Assembly (NCBI GenBank): GCA_964563795.1
Contig: CAZLYB010000004.1
Span: 57,026-121,025, forward strand
Reading direction: 5' to 3'
DNA length: 64,000 nt
Source of the DNA: an uncultured Bacteriovoracaceae bacterium
GTDB lineage: Bacteria; Bdellovibrionota; UBA1018
Of this stretch, positions 17,530 to 27,800 are shown in pieces. The notes under the pieces are model-generated. The model was not told where the DNA came from. It saw nothing but the letters and a program-made list of their open reading frames with translations, and did no database searches. Every line of letters starts with the position of its first letter. Position 1 is the stretch's first letter. The translations under genes and the position numbers were made by a program.

Positions 17530-19893
17530 TCAGCGGCGTTTTCGCCTGCCGGGGCTCGAGGCCCTTCTCTCGTCTGATTTGAAGTACTGCTCAATTTCCG
17601 AAGCGACGCCAGGCAATGTTTGAGCGAGAACCGGAAGCGGCGACACATTGGGGAACCCCTGTCGGAACTCCAGCCCAGGATCTCCATGGGTTTGAGGCCC
17701 GTAAAAGGTGCCTCCCATGTAAAAAAGAATCTGGGTGTGGATCGGCGTTCGAATGGCGATCGCCTGAAATCCAGAATTAAACCAGCCTTTAGCGTAATCA
17801 AATGGGAGCGCCGAATGGCCGGCGTTGAACACCTGGTCATACCAACCTGCCACATGAGTATGCCCGTTCGCCTCCGCACCAACGGCCGCGCGCCGATTCA
17901 AGGGAGAAACCGGCTTCCCGAAAACTCCGCCCATATGGCCATGCGAGATATTCAAGTTCGAAACGGAAAAGCGGTCATTCGGGCCGAGAATCTTGAAGTG
18001 CTCATTGTAGCTGACGCCGATGTCTTTTCTTAAGTACTCCTCAAAGGGATTCTTCCCTTCATTGGCGTAATTTTTCATGCGCGTGAGCGCGGCGGCGTTC
18101 CAATGGTTTTCAAGGTATTTTCCCGTCCTCAAAAGCCGCATCACGCGATCGTACCCATGATTGGAATACATATCGACGATGTAAGGTACGTAGCCCCGAG
18201 TCCTCTGCATCTGGTAGAGCAGGTCCTTCTGCATCGTCAGCCCGTACTTCATTTGCAAGTCGTAATCCCGTTCCAAGGGCTGCCGGATCAGGCTCGCGTT
18301 CGCCGAGAAATCGCCTTCGATGTGCCTCCCAAAAAATGAGAGGTCGAAATGATCATTGAAAACGAAGCTGAGAATGTCGACCGGCTTCCCATCAGTCCGC
18401 TTGAGCGCGGTCTCGGGATGGATGAACTGACGGTAAAAATTCTCGTAAAACGCGGGATCGTAGTTCGGCGAATGGGAGTCCCCGAAAACGACCGCCAGGA
18501 TGGGCAGATCCCTGACCTTCCCGTCAATTCCATAATGCTTATTGAGGTCCGAGAATCCGGGAGGGTATTCAATCGGCTCGCCCTTTTCGTTAGTGATCGT
18601 GAAGGATTCCTCGTTGAACGGCATTTCCCGCGGGCGATAGCGGGTTTCGAGCTTGTAGCGGAGATCCTCGGGAAGTCCCGCTATCTTCTCGAGCCTCATG
18701 GCGGCGATGCGCTGCATCTCATTCTGCAGCGCGCTGATCCTCGCTCCGATCGCGCGGCTCGCGAAATTCATGCCCAACGCGTTGATCGCGCCCGTGGTGA
18801 TGATCCCCGAGGGATACTTCGTGCTCGACGCCACGGGCACGAACAGGGAATGAGGGTGGACCAGCACCGAGAGGCCGCCCGGATCCGTGACTTTCACGAC
18901 TCCCGTTTGAGGCACGAGCGCGCGGTTGGGCAAAGGGATGCGATTGACCGAAAGCGACTGCCCGAACCCTCCCTGGAGAAAAAGAGTCTGGGGGCAAACG
19001 AAGCGATGCTGATCCGGGGCGCTGAAAACGTCCGGTAGGCCGCTTGACAGCCCATAAGCGGGAAAAGTAACCAAGGGCATCGCGCTCCCCTCGGCGCGGG
19101 ATGTAAAGTTCTGAAAAGTCATCATCGCATCGATGATCCCGGTTTGAACGGGGATTCCAGAGATGTAACCCGCCACCACCAGGGACTGACTCTTGCTCAC
19201 ATCGGCGATGAGCTGAGCGGCGATCTCATCATTGAAAGCCATGGTGTCCGGATACTGATTGAGGATGGAAGCGAGATCCTTCCACATCCCCGCATTCCCC
19301 TTGAATCCTTCATAGTAATCGCGAAAAAGGCCAAATCTTTTGCTGAAAATACGGATGAACCCGTCACGCTCATTTTTTTGGGTGCTGATCCCCAGGAACT
19401 CGGCGAACTCATTCAGCGTGGGGGGGTAACGGTTTTTGATCTTGGCCCATTCCCCCAGTTTTTTATAAAAAGCCCCGAGAATCGACTCGATCTGCTCAGC
19501 GCTGAAAATGGAATCCTGGATGGCCGCGATCCTCTCGGCGCTGTACTGCGCGGCTGCATTGACGTCCGGAGCGCCTTTTTTCCCGTAGATGGCGGGAATC
19601 TCGGCCCAAACCTCGCCCCAGCTCCCGAAAATCTGCTTGAGAGCGACCGGGGTGATGCCCAGCTCACGCTGCTCTTTTTCAGTGGGGAGCCTGAAATTCT
19701 CGAGGATGAATTTCAAGAAAGCCTGGACTTCTTTTTCCGTAGGCTTTTGAATCGCCTCCGTGGCTGCGGAGGCTTGGATGAAGGAGCCGCTCGCTGCAGC
19801 CGCGATGAGCTGCTCCTTGCAAGTTTTCTTTGCGGTCCCCGCATCGGCGAAGCTGGCAAAAAGCAGCGTGAGCAGCAGGAATGAACGCATCAT
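17530..19893 (-). CDS. Secreted protein with C-terminal calcineurin-like metallophosphoesterase domain
   Basis: The signal peptide is MMRSFLLLTLLFASFADA. Phosphoesterase motifs are VVFGDSHSP (GDxH), GHMGGVFGKP and NGHTHVAGW (GHxH). Its ATG overlaps the upstream gene stop (ATGA). Confidence 0.6.
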   Translation of the reverse strand: MMRSFLLLTLLFASFADAGTAKKTCKEQLIAAAASGSFIQASAATEAIQKPTEKEVQAFLKFILENFRLPTEKEQRELGITPVALKQIFGSWGEVWAEIPAIYGKKGAPDVNAAAQYSAERIAAIQDSIFSAEQIESILGAFYKKLGEWAKIKNRYPPTLNEFAEFLGISTQKNERDGFIRIFSKRFGLFRDYYEGFKGNAGMWKDLASILNQYPDTMAFNDEIAAQLIADVSKSQSLVVAGYISGIPVQTGIIDAMMTFQNFTSRAEGSAMPLVTFPAYGLSSGLPDVFSAPDQHRFVCPQTLFLQGGFGQSLSVNRIPLPNRALVPQTGVVKVTDPGGLSVLVHPHSLFVPVASSTKYPSGIITTGAINALGMNFASRAIGARISALQNEMQRIAAMRLEKIAGLPEDLRYKLETRYRPREMPFNEESFTITNEKGEPIEYPPGFSDLNKHYGIDGKVRDLPILAVVFGDSHSPNYDPAFYENFYRQFIHPETALKRTDGKPVDILSFVFNDHFDLSFFGRHIEGDFSANASLIRQPLERDYDLQMKYGLTMQKDLLYQMQRTRGYVPYIVDMYSNHGYDRVMRLLRTGKYLENHWNAAALTRMKNYANEGKNPFEEYLRKDIGVSYNEHFKILGPNDRFSVSNLNISHGHMGGVFGKPVSPLNRRAAVGAEANGHTHVAGWYDQVFNAGHSALPFDYAKGWFNSGFQAIAIRTPIHTQILFYMGGTFYGPQTHGDPGLEFRQGFPNVSPLPVLAQTLPGVASEIEQYFKSDERRASSPGRRKRR

Positions 19894-21299
19894 CGCCCTT
19901 CTCCCATTTGAGGAGGAATCAAGAGCTTCCGGCAATCCATTTTTCCGCCGAGCGCCTTCTTCGCCGTTTGTTCCGAGACTCCGAAGGCGAGCGAGACCGC
20001 CTGCGTGACGGTGTCCACCCCGTTGTACATTTTCACCGCCTCGCCGCCTCGCTGCATGCGGTAGTTCGAATCAAAAACCATGACTTGCGCGAGATCGACC
20101 GGATTTCCCGCCAAGGCGCTGGGATTGTGCTGCTGCAGACTGGGCACTGGCGCATAGAGCCAGGGAGGCGCGGTATTCAGCAAAATCAAGCGAAGCGGCG
20201 GCTGAGCGCGATTCATGTGCCGATCGAAATCCAGGACGGCGCGCGTGCTCCTCTCAAAAAGGGCGCGCACCTTGAGCAGGATCGAGATGTCATCATCGGC
20301 GTAGACGAGGACGTTCGGTCTCGGGTTCTCGGGCAGCTCCCGATCCATCCGGCGAAGCAGGACTTCCTGGATGAGGTGATTTAAGATCTTCACTTTGAGG
20401 TCGGCCAGGCTGATGTTCGGCTCATTGAATTGACTCACCGAAGTGGCGTCGCTCACCATGAGACGCGGATTGCTCAGCGCGTAGACCCGATCGATCAAGG
20501 ATCCAGCGGCGAGATCCCCGGAATTGATCAAGAGCTCTTTCGCCGCGGCCCATTCCACATCCGAATGCCCCCGATAAGTGAGAATGGACGAAGCCACCGG
20601 GAGCTCGGGCCTCGAGCTCAGCCGAAAGAGGGGGAAAAGCGGGCCGAACCTCCTGGTCTCAGCCATCCTCCCCACCGCTTCGATCAATGGCATATTCCCG
20701 GACGAGGGCGTCCTGAAGGCGCGATATGTTTGAATCGGATCAATATAATAAAATCTCGGGTTCAATTCTTGCCCGTTTGAAAGGCGAATGGGCTTGTCGT
20801 AGTAGGAGTTGCCCGGATTGGCGACCGACATCGCCCCGTCGTCATAGCGGCCCACCAGGTACTTCACCGGAAATTGATCGTAGGGCTGGATGTCGCTCCG
20901 CACGCCCTGCTCCCAATCCCGCATGGGCACATCGATGAACTCAGGGATGTCCCCCGCTGAAGCCAAGTCAAACAGTGGGCTTCCGTGCGTTTGCCATCGA
21001 AAAACCCTGAATACCGACGTTTCGTCGACCGCGAGATTGTAGTCGAAGTCATAAACGAAGAGACGGAGGGGCCCGAGATACGGCTCTTCTTCAGCCGCGA
21101 GCGGGCTGGACTTCTTTTTCGAATTTTTCGAGATCGTATTTTTTTTGGAAGATTTTTTCGCGACTGCTTTTTTCTTGGTCTCCGCGCGCGCGACGGACGG
21201 CGTTCCCATCTCCTCTAAAGAGAAGATGAACGCAAAAGCGCACACGAGCCCCCATTTGGCGAAAGTCCCCACCCCACCCATAGCGCTAGAGGCTAGCAC
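19890..21299 (-). CDS. Secreted hypothetical protein (469 aa in the track; start is GTG, an internal ATG lies 18 nt downstream)
   Basis: The N-terminus is hydrophobic (GTFAKWGLVCAFAFIFSL), followed by a Lys-rich linker. No known domain was found. Confidence 0.5.
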   Translation of the reverse strand: MLASSAMGGVGTFAKWGLVCAFAFIFSLEEMGTPSVARAETKKKAVAKKSSKKNTISKNSKKKSSPLAAEEEPYLGPLRLFVYDFDYNLAVDETSVFRVFRWQTHGSPLFDLASAGDIPEFIDVPMRDWEQGVRSDIQPYDQFPVKYLVGRYDDGAMSVANPGNSYYDKPIRLSNGQELNPRFYYIDPIQTYRAFRTPSSGNMPLIEAVGRMAETRRFGPLFPLFRLSSRPELPVASSILTYRGHSDVEWAAAKELLINSGDLAAGSLIDRVYALSNPRLMVSDATSVSQFNEPNISLADLKVKILNHLIQEVLLRRMDRELPENPRPNVLVYADDDISILLKVRALFERSTRAVLDFDRHMNRAQPPLRLILLNTAPPWLYAPVPSLQQHNPSALAGNPVDLAQVMVFDSNYRMQRGGEAVKMYNGVDTVTQAVSLAFGVSEQTAKKALGGKMDCRKLLIPPQMGEGR

Positions 21300-21440
21300 C
21301 AGGATTTTTGAAAAAGCAAAATTTAATTTGTTAAGGCCCGGGTTTTCGCCTGAAACGTCCCGAAAGCCGCATGGTAGGCGTCGACTCAGCGCGAGAAACC
21401 CGCTGCTAAAAGCGGCTGAATCAACTCAGGAATTATAATT

Positions 21441-21488
21441 AAATAATATTAGAATAAAATCTCGGCCGCTTGACCTGCAAGCCGAGAT
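21441..21488 (-). terminator. Rho-independent terminator candidate for the upstream minus-strand operon (560-aa gene)
   Basis: On the minus strand, the imperfect hairpin ATCTCGGCttgcaggtcaagcgGCCGAGAT is followed directly by TTTTATTCTAAT. It lies in the 330-bp AT-rich intergenic region 21300..21629. Confidence 0.4.
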
Positions 21489-21629
21489 GGGATATCGATA
21501 CATCCATTCGACGGGGGTTCTCAAAAGATTTCCCACTTTTTCTCCGGCTGCAGCACGACCTGCCCTGGCGGTTCGCGTTGCAGCAGAAGAAGCGGTGGGC
21601 GGTCAAAATTCCTCCGCTTGGAATTGAAA

Positions 21630-23312
21630 TCATGGCGCAATCCGCTCGCGATTGAGCCTTTTTAGCTCGATCTCCCGATCCCTTTTCTCGGCCAGTTTCT
21701 TCAGATCAGCCAAATCCTCAGCCGTGTAGTATTTCACGTCGGACAGCTTGATTAAAACCTTCTCAAGAAGAAGTTCCAGCTCATCCAGCCGCTTGGCGAT
21801 CCCGCTGACGTTCAGCCACCACTCATCCAAGGACTCATGATCCTGAATGGTCCCTTTCGTCCGTAAGGGCGCTTCTTTTCGCACTCTCTCCCTCATCCGC
21901 TCATAAGCTTCCTCGATCTCCCGATTTTCCTGAAGATACCGCCTCTTTTTGTCGAGGCGCTTGATTTCAAACGCCGAAGACTGCGAAGTGCTGGATTTTA
22001 TCTTGTTTTCTTTGTAATTCGCCTTGTTGTCCGCGTAAGCGAATTGACTGTAAAGACTCATGGGTGCGAGCTGGATTCGCAGAAAATCTCGGTGCTCGAG
22101 GAGATTCTCGACGTGGAGCTTCATCGCTTCGACTTCGCTTGCGGCCAGGAAAGGGATGTTCCGCGTTTTCTCATTCGGGAACGCGCGGGTAGCTTCCGCC
22201 TCCAGGGCCATGAGATCCAGGTCCAAATTTTGAAGCATGATGAGCAATCCCACCTCCAATGAATCGGAGGGATGAAAGTAATCCCGCGTGGGTTGCTGAT
22301 TTTTATCGTAAAGATAACCCATCAGGCCCGCTGTGGGAGCTGAGGCGATCGTGTAAGCTCCTGCGCGAGCGAGCCGCCTCAGCCATACCACTTTGAACGA
22401 TTTTTTCTCATCGGGATTATCGTACTGAATTTTTTTGTAATAATCAGAGACCTGGTCATAATAAGTTTTAAGGCGGGTCGGCTCCCGCACCGCGACGCTC
22501 AGCTCATCCGCTTTTTTGGAAAGCGGATTTCTGAGCCGATTCAAAACATCAACGAGTTCCTCCCCTTTTTTCCCGGCATTTTTAATGCGGTTCAATCCCC
22601 GGTTTTTCCAATCCACGGCTTTCTGGAACAGGCCCGCCCTTCCCGCGGATCGCCATGACCAGATCATGGTGATCCCCAGCATGGTCGCCGCGGTGGTCGC
22701 GAGCCAGCCGCTATGGCGGTCATAGCGCTTGAACAACTGCTCCATGCTCAATTCGGATTTGAGCAGGAGATCCGCGTAAGCCACTTGCTGGATGGGATTC
22801 CAGGAGTGGATCATCCGCGAAGTGAGGAGCGCGGTGATTTCATTCTGCGTCTCGGGGTACCCTTGGCACGCGGAAGGCACGAATTTCACGAAATAAGGCC
22901 AGATCTTCCTCCAGAGGCTTCCCCATGCCGTGGGCGCGGAGGGGCGGGACGACAGGATCAAGCTCTCGATCGGGAGCCGGATCAAATCATAATTGATCTG
23001 AAGATTGAAAAGCTCATCGAAGGCCTTCGAACCTTGGGCGGAAAAATCAAGGAGCCTGCTCAAATCCTCCTGCTTGCGCTTCTGAAACGGACCGGCGACG
23101 CGGGGATCGTCCAAAAACTCGCTCAGCCTTTTTCTTCGCTCCTCCTGGATCGCTCCGATGTTTTTATCCAATTCCTGGAGGTTGACCGCGCTGAGCTGCT
23201 CCTCGGCCTGGATCAGCTTCGACTCCACGTCACCGGGCGAGCAGAACTGCTCAGCGGCCGCCGGCCTTAGAGCAATGAGTGGAATGAGGAGGAGAGCGGA
23301 GAAAGTTCTCAT
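21630..23312 (-). CDS. Secreted hypothetical protein with coiled-coil segments (560 aa)
   Basis: The signal peptide is MRTFSALLLIPLIALRPAAA. Several Lys/Glu-rich heptad-like stretches are present. No known domain was found. Confidence 0.5.
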   Translation of the reverse strand: MRTFSALLLIPLIALRPAAAEQFCSPGDVESKLIQAEEQLSAVNLQELDKNIGAIQEERRKRLSEFLDDPRVAGPFQKRKQEDLSRLLDFSAQGSKAFDELFNLQINYDLIRLPIESLILSSRPSAPTAWGSLWRKIWPYFVKFVPSACQGYPETQNEITALLTSRMIHSWNPIQQVAYADLLLKSELSMEQLFKRYDRHSGWLATTAATMLGITMIWSWRSAGRAGLFQKAVDWKNRGLNRIKNAGKKGEELVDVLNRLRNPLSKKADELSVAVREPTRLKTYYDQVSDYYKKIQYDNPDEKKSFKVVWLRRLARAGAYTIASAPTAGLMGYLYDKNQQPTRDYFHPSDSLEVGLLIMLQNLDLDLMALEAEATRAFPNEKTRNIPFLAASEVEAMKLHVENLLEHRDFLRIQLAPMSLYSQFAYADNKANYKENKIKSSTSQSSAFEIKRLDKKRRYLQENREIEEAYERMRERVRKEAPLRTKGTIQDHESLDEWWLNVSGIAKRLDELELLLEKVLIKLSDVKYYTAEDLADLKKLAEKRDREIELKRLNRERIAP

Positions 23313-23315
23313 AAA

Positions 23316-24899
23316 CTAATTCAACGAATCTGACACGAAGTCACTGAAGTTTTTGAGATTTGAATAAAGCGTAGGCGTCATGACATCCGCCAATCTCTCA
23401 TTGCTTTTGGAATAAATCATAGCGAGCACTTGCAGATAAATTCGGTCCATCCAGGGATGCACACGCCCCTGCTTGAGATCCTCGAGGAAAGGGGTCTGCA
23501 CTGATTCACTCCATTTTTTCAGCGCGCCCCGCATCCGAGCTGGCCAGGCCGCTCGCGCTTCGCGAAGGAGGTTCGCATTCACGCTCGCCTCGCGCAACGG
23601 GGCGATCATCCGATCCACGTAAGATCTCATGCTCCCCTGAGGCAGCGTCGATACCGCAAAACTCATCGCCGTGAGCCAGTTGCGGTCCGAAAACTTCCTC
23701 TTATTTTGATCCTGCTTCTGCAAAAATAAAATCGCTTCGAGTTGCCTATAAAGAGGGTCAACTCCATAACCCCGAGAGCGAATGACATTCATCAAATCTT
23801 GGCTCAAACCTGAGAGCTGATCCGGGGTTCTCTTATTGTAATCCCTCCAGAGCTTGAAGATCTTCCAGTCTCTTTCGACCGTCAGTAAATCGGCAGCTGA
23901 AATGATGTCCCCAGCCGAAGAGATCAAATCCCCGCTGCTCGCAAGCGGATTCTCCCTGAGGCTCAAAAACTTCCATACGGAATTTTTGAAGTTATTCTCG
24001 AGCTTGGTCCTGGCTTCGTAGGCTTTATAGGTGGGATAGGATTCAAGTAGGAAAGGGGCGACAAAAGTCACAAAATCCAAAGTTTTAGTGACAGGCGCGG
24101 GAATGGGCCGAACCGCGTAATTAATCACCCGAATGGTTCTCGCGGCCGCGCCTAAAACCGAAATGACCGCCAATGAAGCTCCAGCGTAATAAATCTCTCC
24201 CCAAGCCTTCTCGATATTGTACTCCATTGATTTTCTGATGGCCGAAGGGAGCGAAACATTCAGATACCGGCTGGGGGGGAGCGGCAATTGAATGTTGCTT
24301 GAGCTCAAAAAATATCCCGGGGCAACCGCCTGCACACCTTTTAACCCGGCCGCTGAAAGCATCCGCGCATTTCTCACGGCGAAGGAGAGCGTTCTGTATT
24401 CGCTGATTTTATTTTTAAAGTTCAAAAAGCCGCTGATGGCTTCCCCTTTGGAAATGACGGCGGAACCCGCCAAGATCAGGAACGCCCCAATGTTATCTAT
24501 GTCCTGCGCTTCCCCGGCCCGGTAAAAATGATTTTCTTCAATCGAGGGCAAAAATGAGAGCGAGTACATCTGCTCCGCTTGGCTCAAAAGCTCCGTGATC
24601 GCGAACGGATGCCGGGGATATCTGTCCGCGATCAGCCGGCTGCGGGCGTCATACTGGCTTTTCTCGCTATCATCGAACAGTTTTAGGGTGAGATAGGCCA
24701 CGCAATCCCGGTATTTTTGGCGGAGCGGGGAATCCGGGTCAAGCTCGCACTCGCTGGCCGTGGCGAGCTCGATCATTTTATCCACCGAATCGCTGAAGCC
24801 CAACGGTCGATTGGAGCACGACACTTGAGCGTACCCGCTCGCGGGAACAAAAATGCCTGCGACCAAAAAAACCTGCGCCAAGAAAAAAGTTTTTCTCAC
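23316..24899 (-). CDS. Hypothetical exported protein (about 527 aa from a GTG start)
   Basis: The start was refined to GTG giving MRKTFFLAQVFLVAGIFVPASGYAQ (signal peptide). This GTG overlaps the stop of the 1478-aa gene (GTGA). The track ORF extends 98 codons further upstream in another reading of the same frame. Confidence 0.45.
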   Translation of the reverse strand: MRKTFFLAQVFLVAGIFVPASGYAQVSCSNRPLGFSDSVDKMIELATASECELDPDSPLRQKYRDCVAYLTLKLFDDSEKSQYDARSRLIADRYPRHPFAITELLSQAEQMYSLSFLPSIEENHFYRAGEAQDIDNIGAFLILAGSAVISKGEAISGFLNFKNKISEYRTLSFAVRNARMLSAAGLKGVQAVAPGYFLSSSNIQLPLPPSRYLNVSLPSAIRKSMEYNIEKAWGEIYYAGASLAVISVLGAAARTIRVINYAVRPIPAPVTKTLDFVTFVAPFLLESYPTYKAYEARTKLENNFKNSVWKFLSLRENPLASSGDLISSAGDIISAADLLTVERDWKIFKLWRDYNKRTPDQLSGLSQDLMNVIRSRGYGVDPLYRQLEAILFLQKQDQNKRKFSDRNWLTAMSFAVSTLPQGSMRSYVDRMIAPLREASVNANLLREARAAWPARMRGALKKWSESVQTPFLEDLKQGRVHPWMDRIYLQVLAMIYSKSNERLADVMTPTLYSNLKNFSDFVSDSLN

Positions 24900-27800
24900 G
24901 GTACACCGCCGAGCAGGTGGGTGATCCCCTTCATTTCCAGGAACCCGAAGCTTCCCGCGTCTTTTTGCAAATAGAAGCTGTTGTAAATTTCCCGGAGCTC
25001 GGGATGATTCAAGAAATCCTTCAACGCGATCGAAAACCGCCTGAATTCCTCCTGATTGACCTTCGGCCATTGCTCGTTCGACAGGAAAAAACGGTCGACC
25101 AGTCGGCCGACGTTCTTGGGCAGTGCTTGAGTGGGGCCGAACGCGGAGCTCTGCGGGTTCAATGGACTGCTCCCCCGGGATTCCACCCACCTTAATACCT
25201 CATAAAAATCCCAGTCCCACTCTCTCTCCGCGAATACTCTGCGGGCGGCCTCAAATTCATTGGAGTCCACCTCTGCTTGCTTCATGAGATCAAGCCGCTG
25301 CCCGGCATTCTGACCTCCGAGGTTGATGATTTTCGCTTCGAGCAGCTTGGAGGGAACCTTGCCCTGCTCGGGGTTCGCCGGATCCCAGTTCTTGCCGAAG
25401 CGGATCACCCCGTTCTGACCGTAGTACGCCTCATTGAACGCTCTTCGGACGAAGATCGGATCCAGCGTTTTCACGTTGCCACGGGCCAGCCGAAAGCTCT
25501 CGCGCCAGCTGAAGCCGCCCGACGAAGCGCTCGCCTCGAAATTCTTCCAGCTGCTCACGACTTCGGCCATGGCCTCCGAATCCCCCTTGAGCCGGTAATA
25601 GAGCCGCATCAATCCCAACCCGTTCGCCTCGTTCGCTTTTTCCGAAAGGCGCAGGGAGAGGTTCGTGAAGGCGCGCCTGCCCCTCAAATAATCCTGCATC
25701 GCCTCCGCTGACGAGTCGATGAGCGTGCGCCGATACTTGATGCTGATCGCTTCCAACAGGCTTTTTGAGGAAAGGTCAAACGTGGCCTGCTCTCCGTACA
25801 ACGCGACAAGCTCGGGATGGAGCTCCTTCAGCATCAGTTGAAAACTTTTCTCTTCCGCGTCGATCTCGCTCAAGACCCTCGCCGCGGCCCTCCTGAACTT
25901 GGCGATGTTCGCCGCGGCCCTCTCCACCTCGTCGGCAAGCCCGATGATTTCATCATCCAAAACCGTGATGTTTTGGATCGCGGGCAGATCCGCATCGATA
26001 CCCCACTCATCATTCAACTTCCTGGCGATGATCGCCAAACGCTTGAGGACCGTGGTTCGCAGAGCGATCCAATACCCCTGGTTCGCCACTCCGCCCTCGA
26101 GGCTGATCGCCGCCTCGATTTCATCTTTGGTCACCCCCGCCAACCGCATATCTTTGAAAAAACTGTTGAATTTGTACTCCTTCACAGCCAGGCTGATCCC
26201 TTGCGCGAAGATGCCGAGCCCCAAGATCAGCGCCAGCCCCCCCACCGCCAGGGCCTGTTCATTCACTTTTTCGCGGAGGTCTTTTTTCGAGGCCTCATAT
26301 TCGGCCAGGTTGAAGAAGCTCGCCTCCGAGCTGCTGAAATAAAAGCTGTTGATGTTTTGGTAGTTCACGCTCGAGCCCCGAATGAGCGTATCGCCGTAGT
26401 AAACACCGGTCCCCAGGGCGAAAAGAGCGAGCAAGTTCCAAGGCGCGATCACGTCATCGAGATGCGGCCCCAAGATCGGGCCGAATCGATTCGTGAAAAA
26501 AACGGCGCCCGGCTGCAAGAATCGTTGGATCAACGGCCGCTCCGACTCGAGAAAAAATTTCAGGCCCACGATCCTCGCGAGCACTTTTCCCACAATCACG
26601 CCCCCCGCGTAATAGCCGATGTACTTCCCGATCTCCTTGGCCTCCCTCGACCAGAGCGGGCCGTAGAATTTGTCGGGAGCCCGATCCAAGATCGCCCGCC
26701 TCTGCACCTCGGAGAGCGCTGGAAACTGGGACTGAAATCTCTTTTGGAACTGCGAAGAATGCTCGACCAGCGTGAGCATCCGATCGATTTTTTCGGTGAG
26801 TTGTTCCAGCTTTTCGTAATCCCCGTCGCCCAAAAGCGCGAGTTTTTCGGCGGATTGAAAGGCGAAGTTTTTGATCCCCGATTCGGCGCGCGTGATCCAG
26901 TAATCGGCCTGAACAAGATTTTCCGCGTCCGTTGGCCGATCCTCGCCCGCCTGAATATCGAGGTTCGCCAGAATTTCATAGAGCCTCTTCTGCTCCTGCT
27001 CACTGGGACGCTTGGCGAATTCAAAGCGCTTATCCGCCCCGATCCGCTCCCCGATGCTATAAGCGAAATCCTTGAAGGCGCCTGAGACCGTGAATGGATC
27101 GCCGTCCGTCAAGCTCCATTGATTGAAATTCAAGATATTGGAATCGATCAGGCTGCTTTGCAGCATGGCTCGGTAAACCGCGATCTGAGCGGGATTCAGC
27201 GGCAAATCCGCGAGCTTCACCGTGGCGCCCGACTTTTTATGGCCTTGTTGGAGAAATCCGAGCCAGCAGCCCTGCTTCAAGAAAAGCCTCAGCGAATCGC
27301 GGAGAATCACTTTTTTCCTCACGTCCAATTCTTCTTCGGCTTTGTTCCTGTTTTGAGTCCCCGGGATCACGGGCCATCCGATGTACCGCTCGAACGCGGA
27401 TGAATTCACTTCGCAATCTTTTTCGGCCAGCTCGGCGAGCACGACCGGCTGAAACCCGATCGGGTTGTTCAAGACGATTTTCCCGATCATCGAAAGATAA
27501 AGCTGCTGCGCTTGCCGATAGCTCGGAGCGTTTCGGATCAAATCCCACCAGGGTCTCGTCAGGCCTTCCGAGACTGAGCTTCCGGACAGCAAGCCCAAGG
27601 ATTGAATCAAAATCGGGAGATCCACCTCATGCAGATAAGCGGGCTCCTGCGTCGCGCGAAAAATCGCCTTGGAGCGAGAAACCAAGTCCTGGACGTACGG
27701 AGCGCGGATCTTCTCCTCGTAGACTTTCTCTTCGATCGATTTCGCCGTCTGGATCAAATCCGCGATTTCGGGGGCGGTAACGAGCTGCTTTTTGAGCTCT

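Noticed and set aside
15770-17530. Apparent 1-2 nt mismatches (around 15780 and 17520) between my hand translation of the nucleotide text and the ORF-track protein for 15756..17528, which would imply frameshifts
   Set aside because: The ORF track shows a single intact 590-aa frame ending where a convergent gene begins. The mismatches fall in homopolymer or dinucleotide runs at line breaks, so they are most likely my counting errors. Hand-refined coordinates are therefore given with a tolerance of about +/-3 nt.
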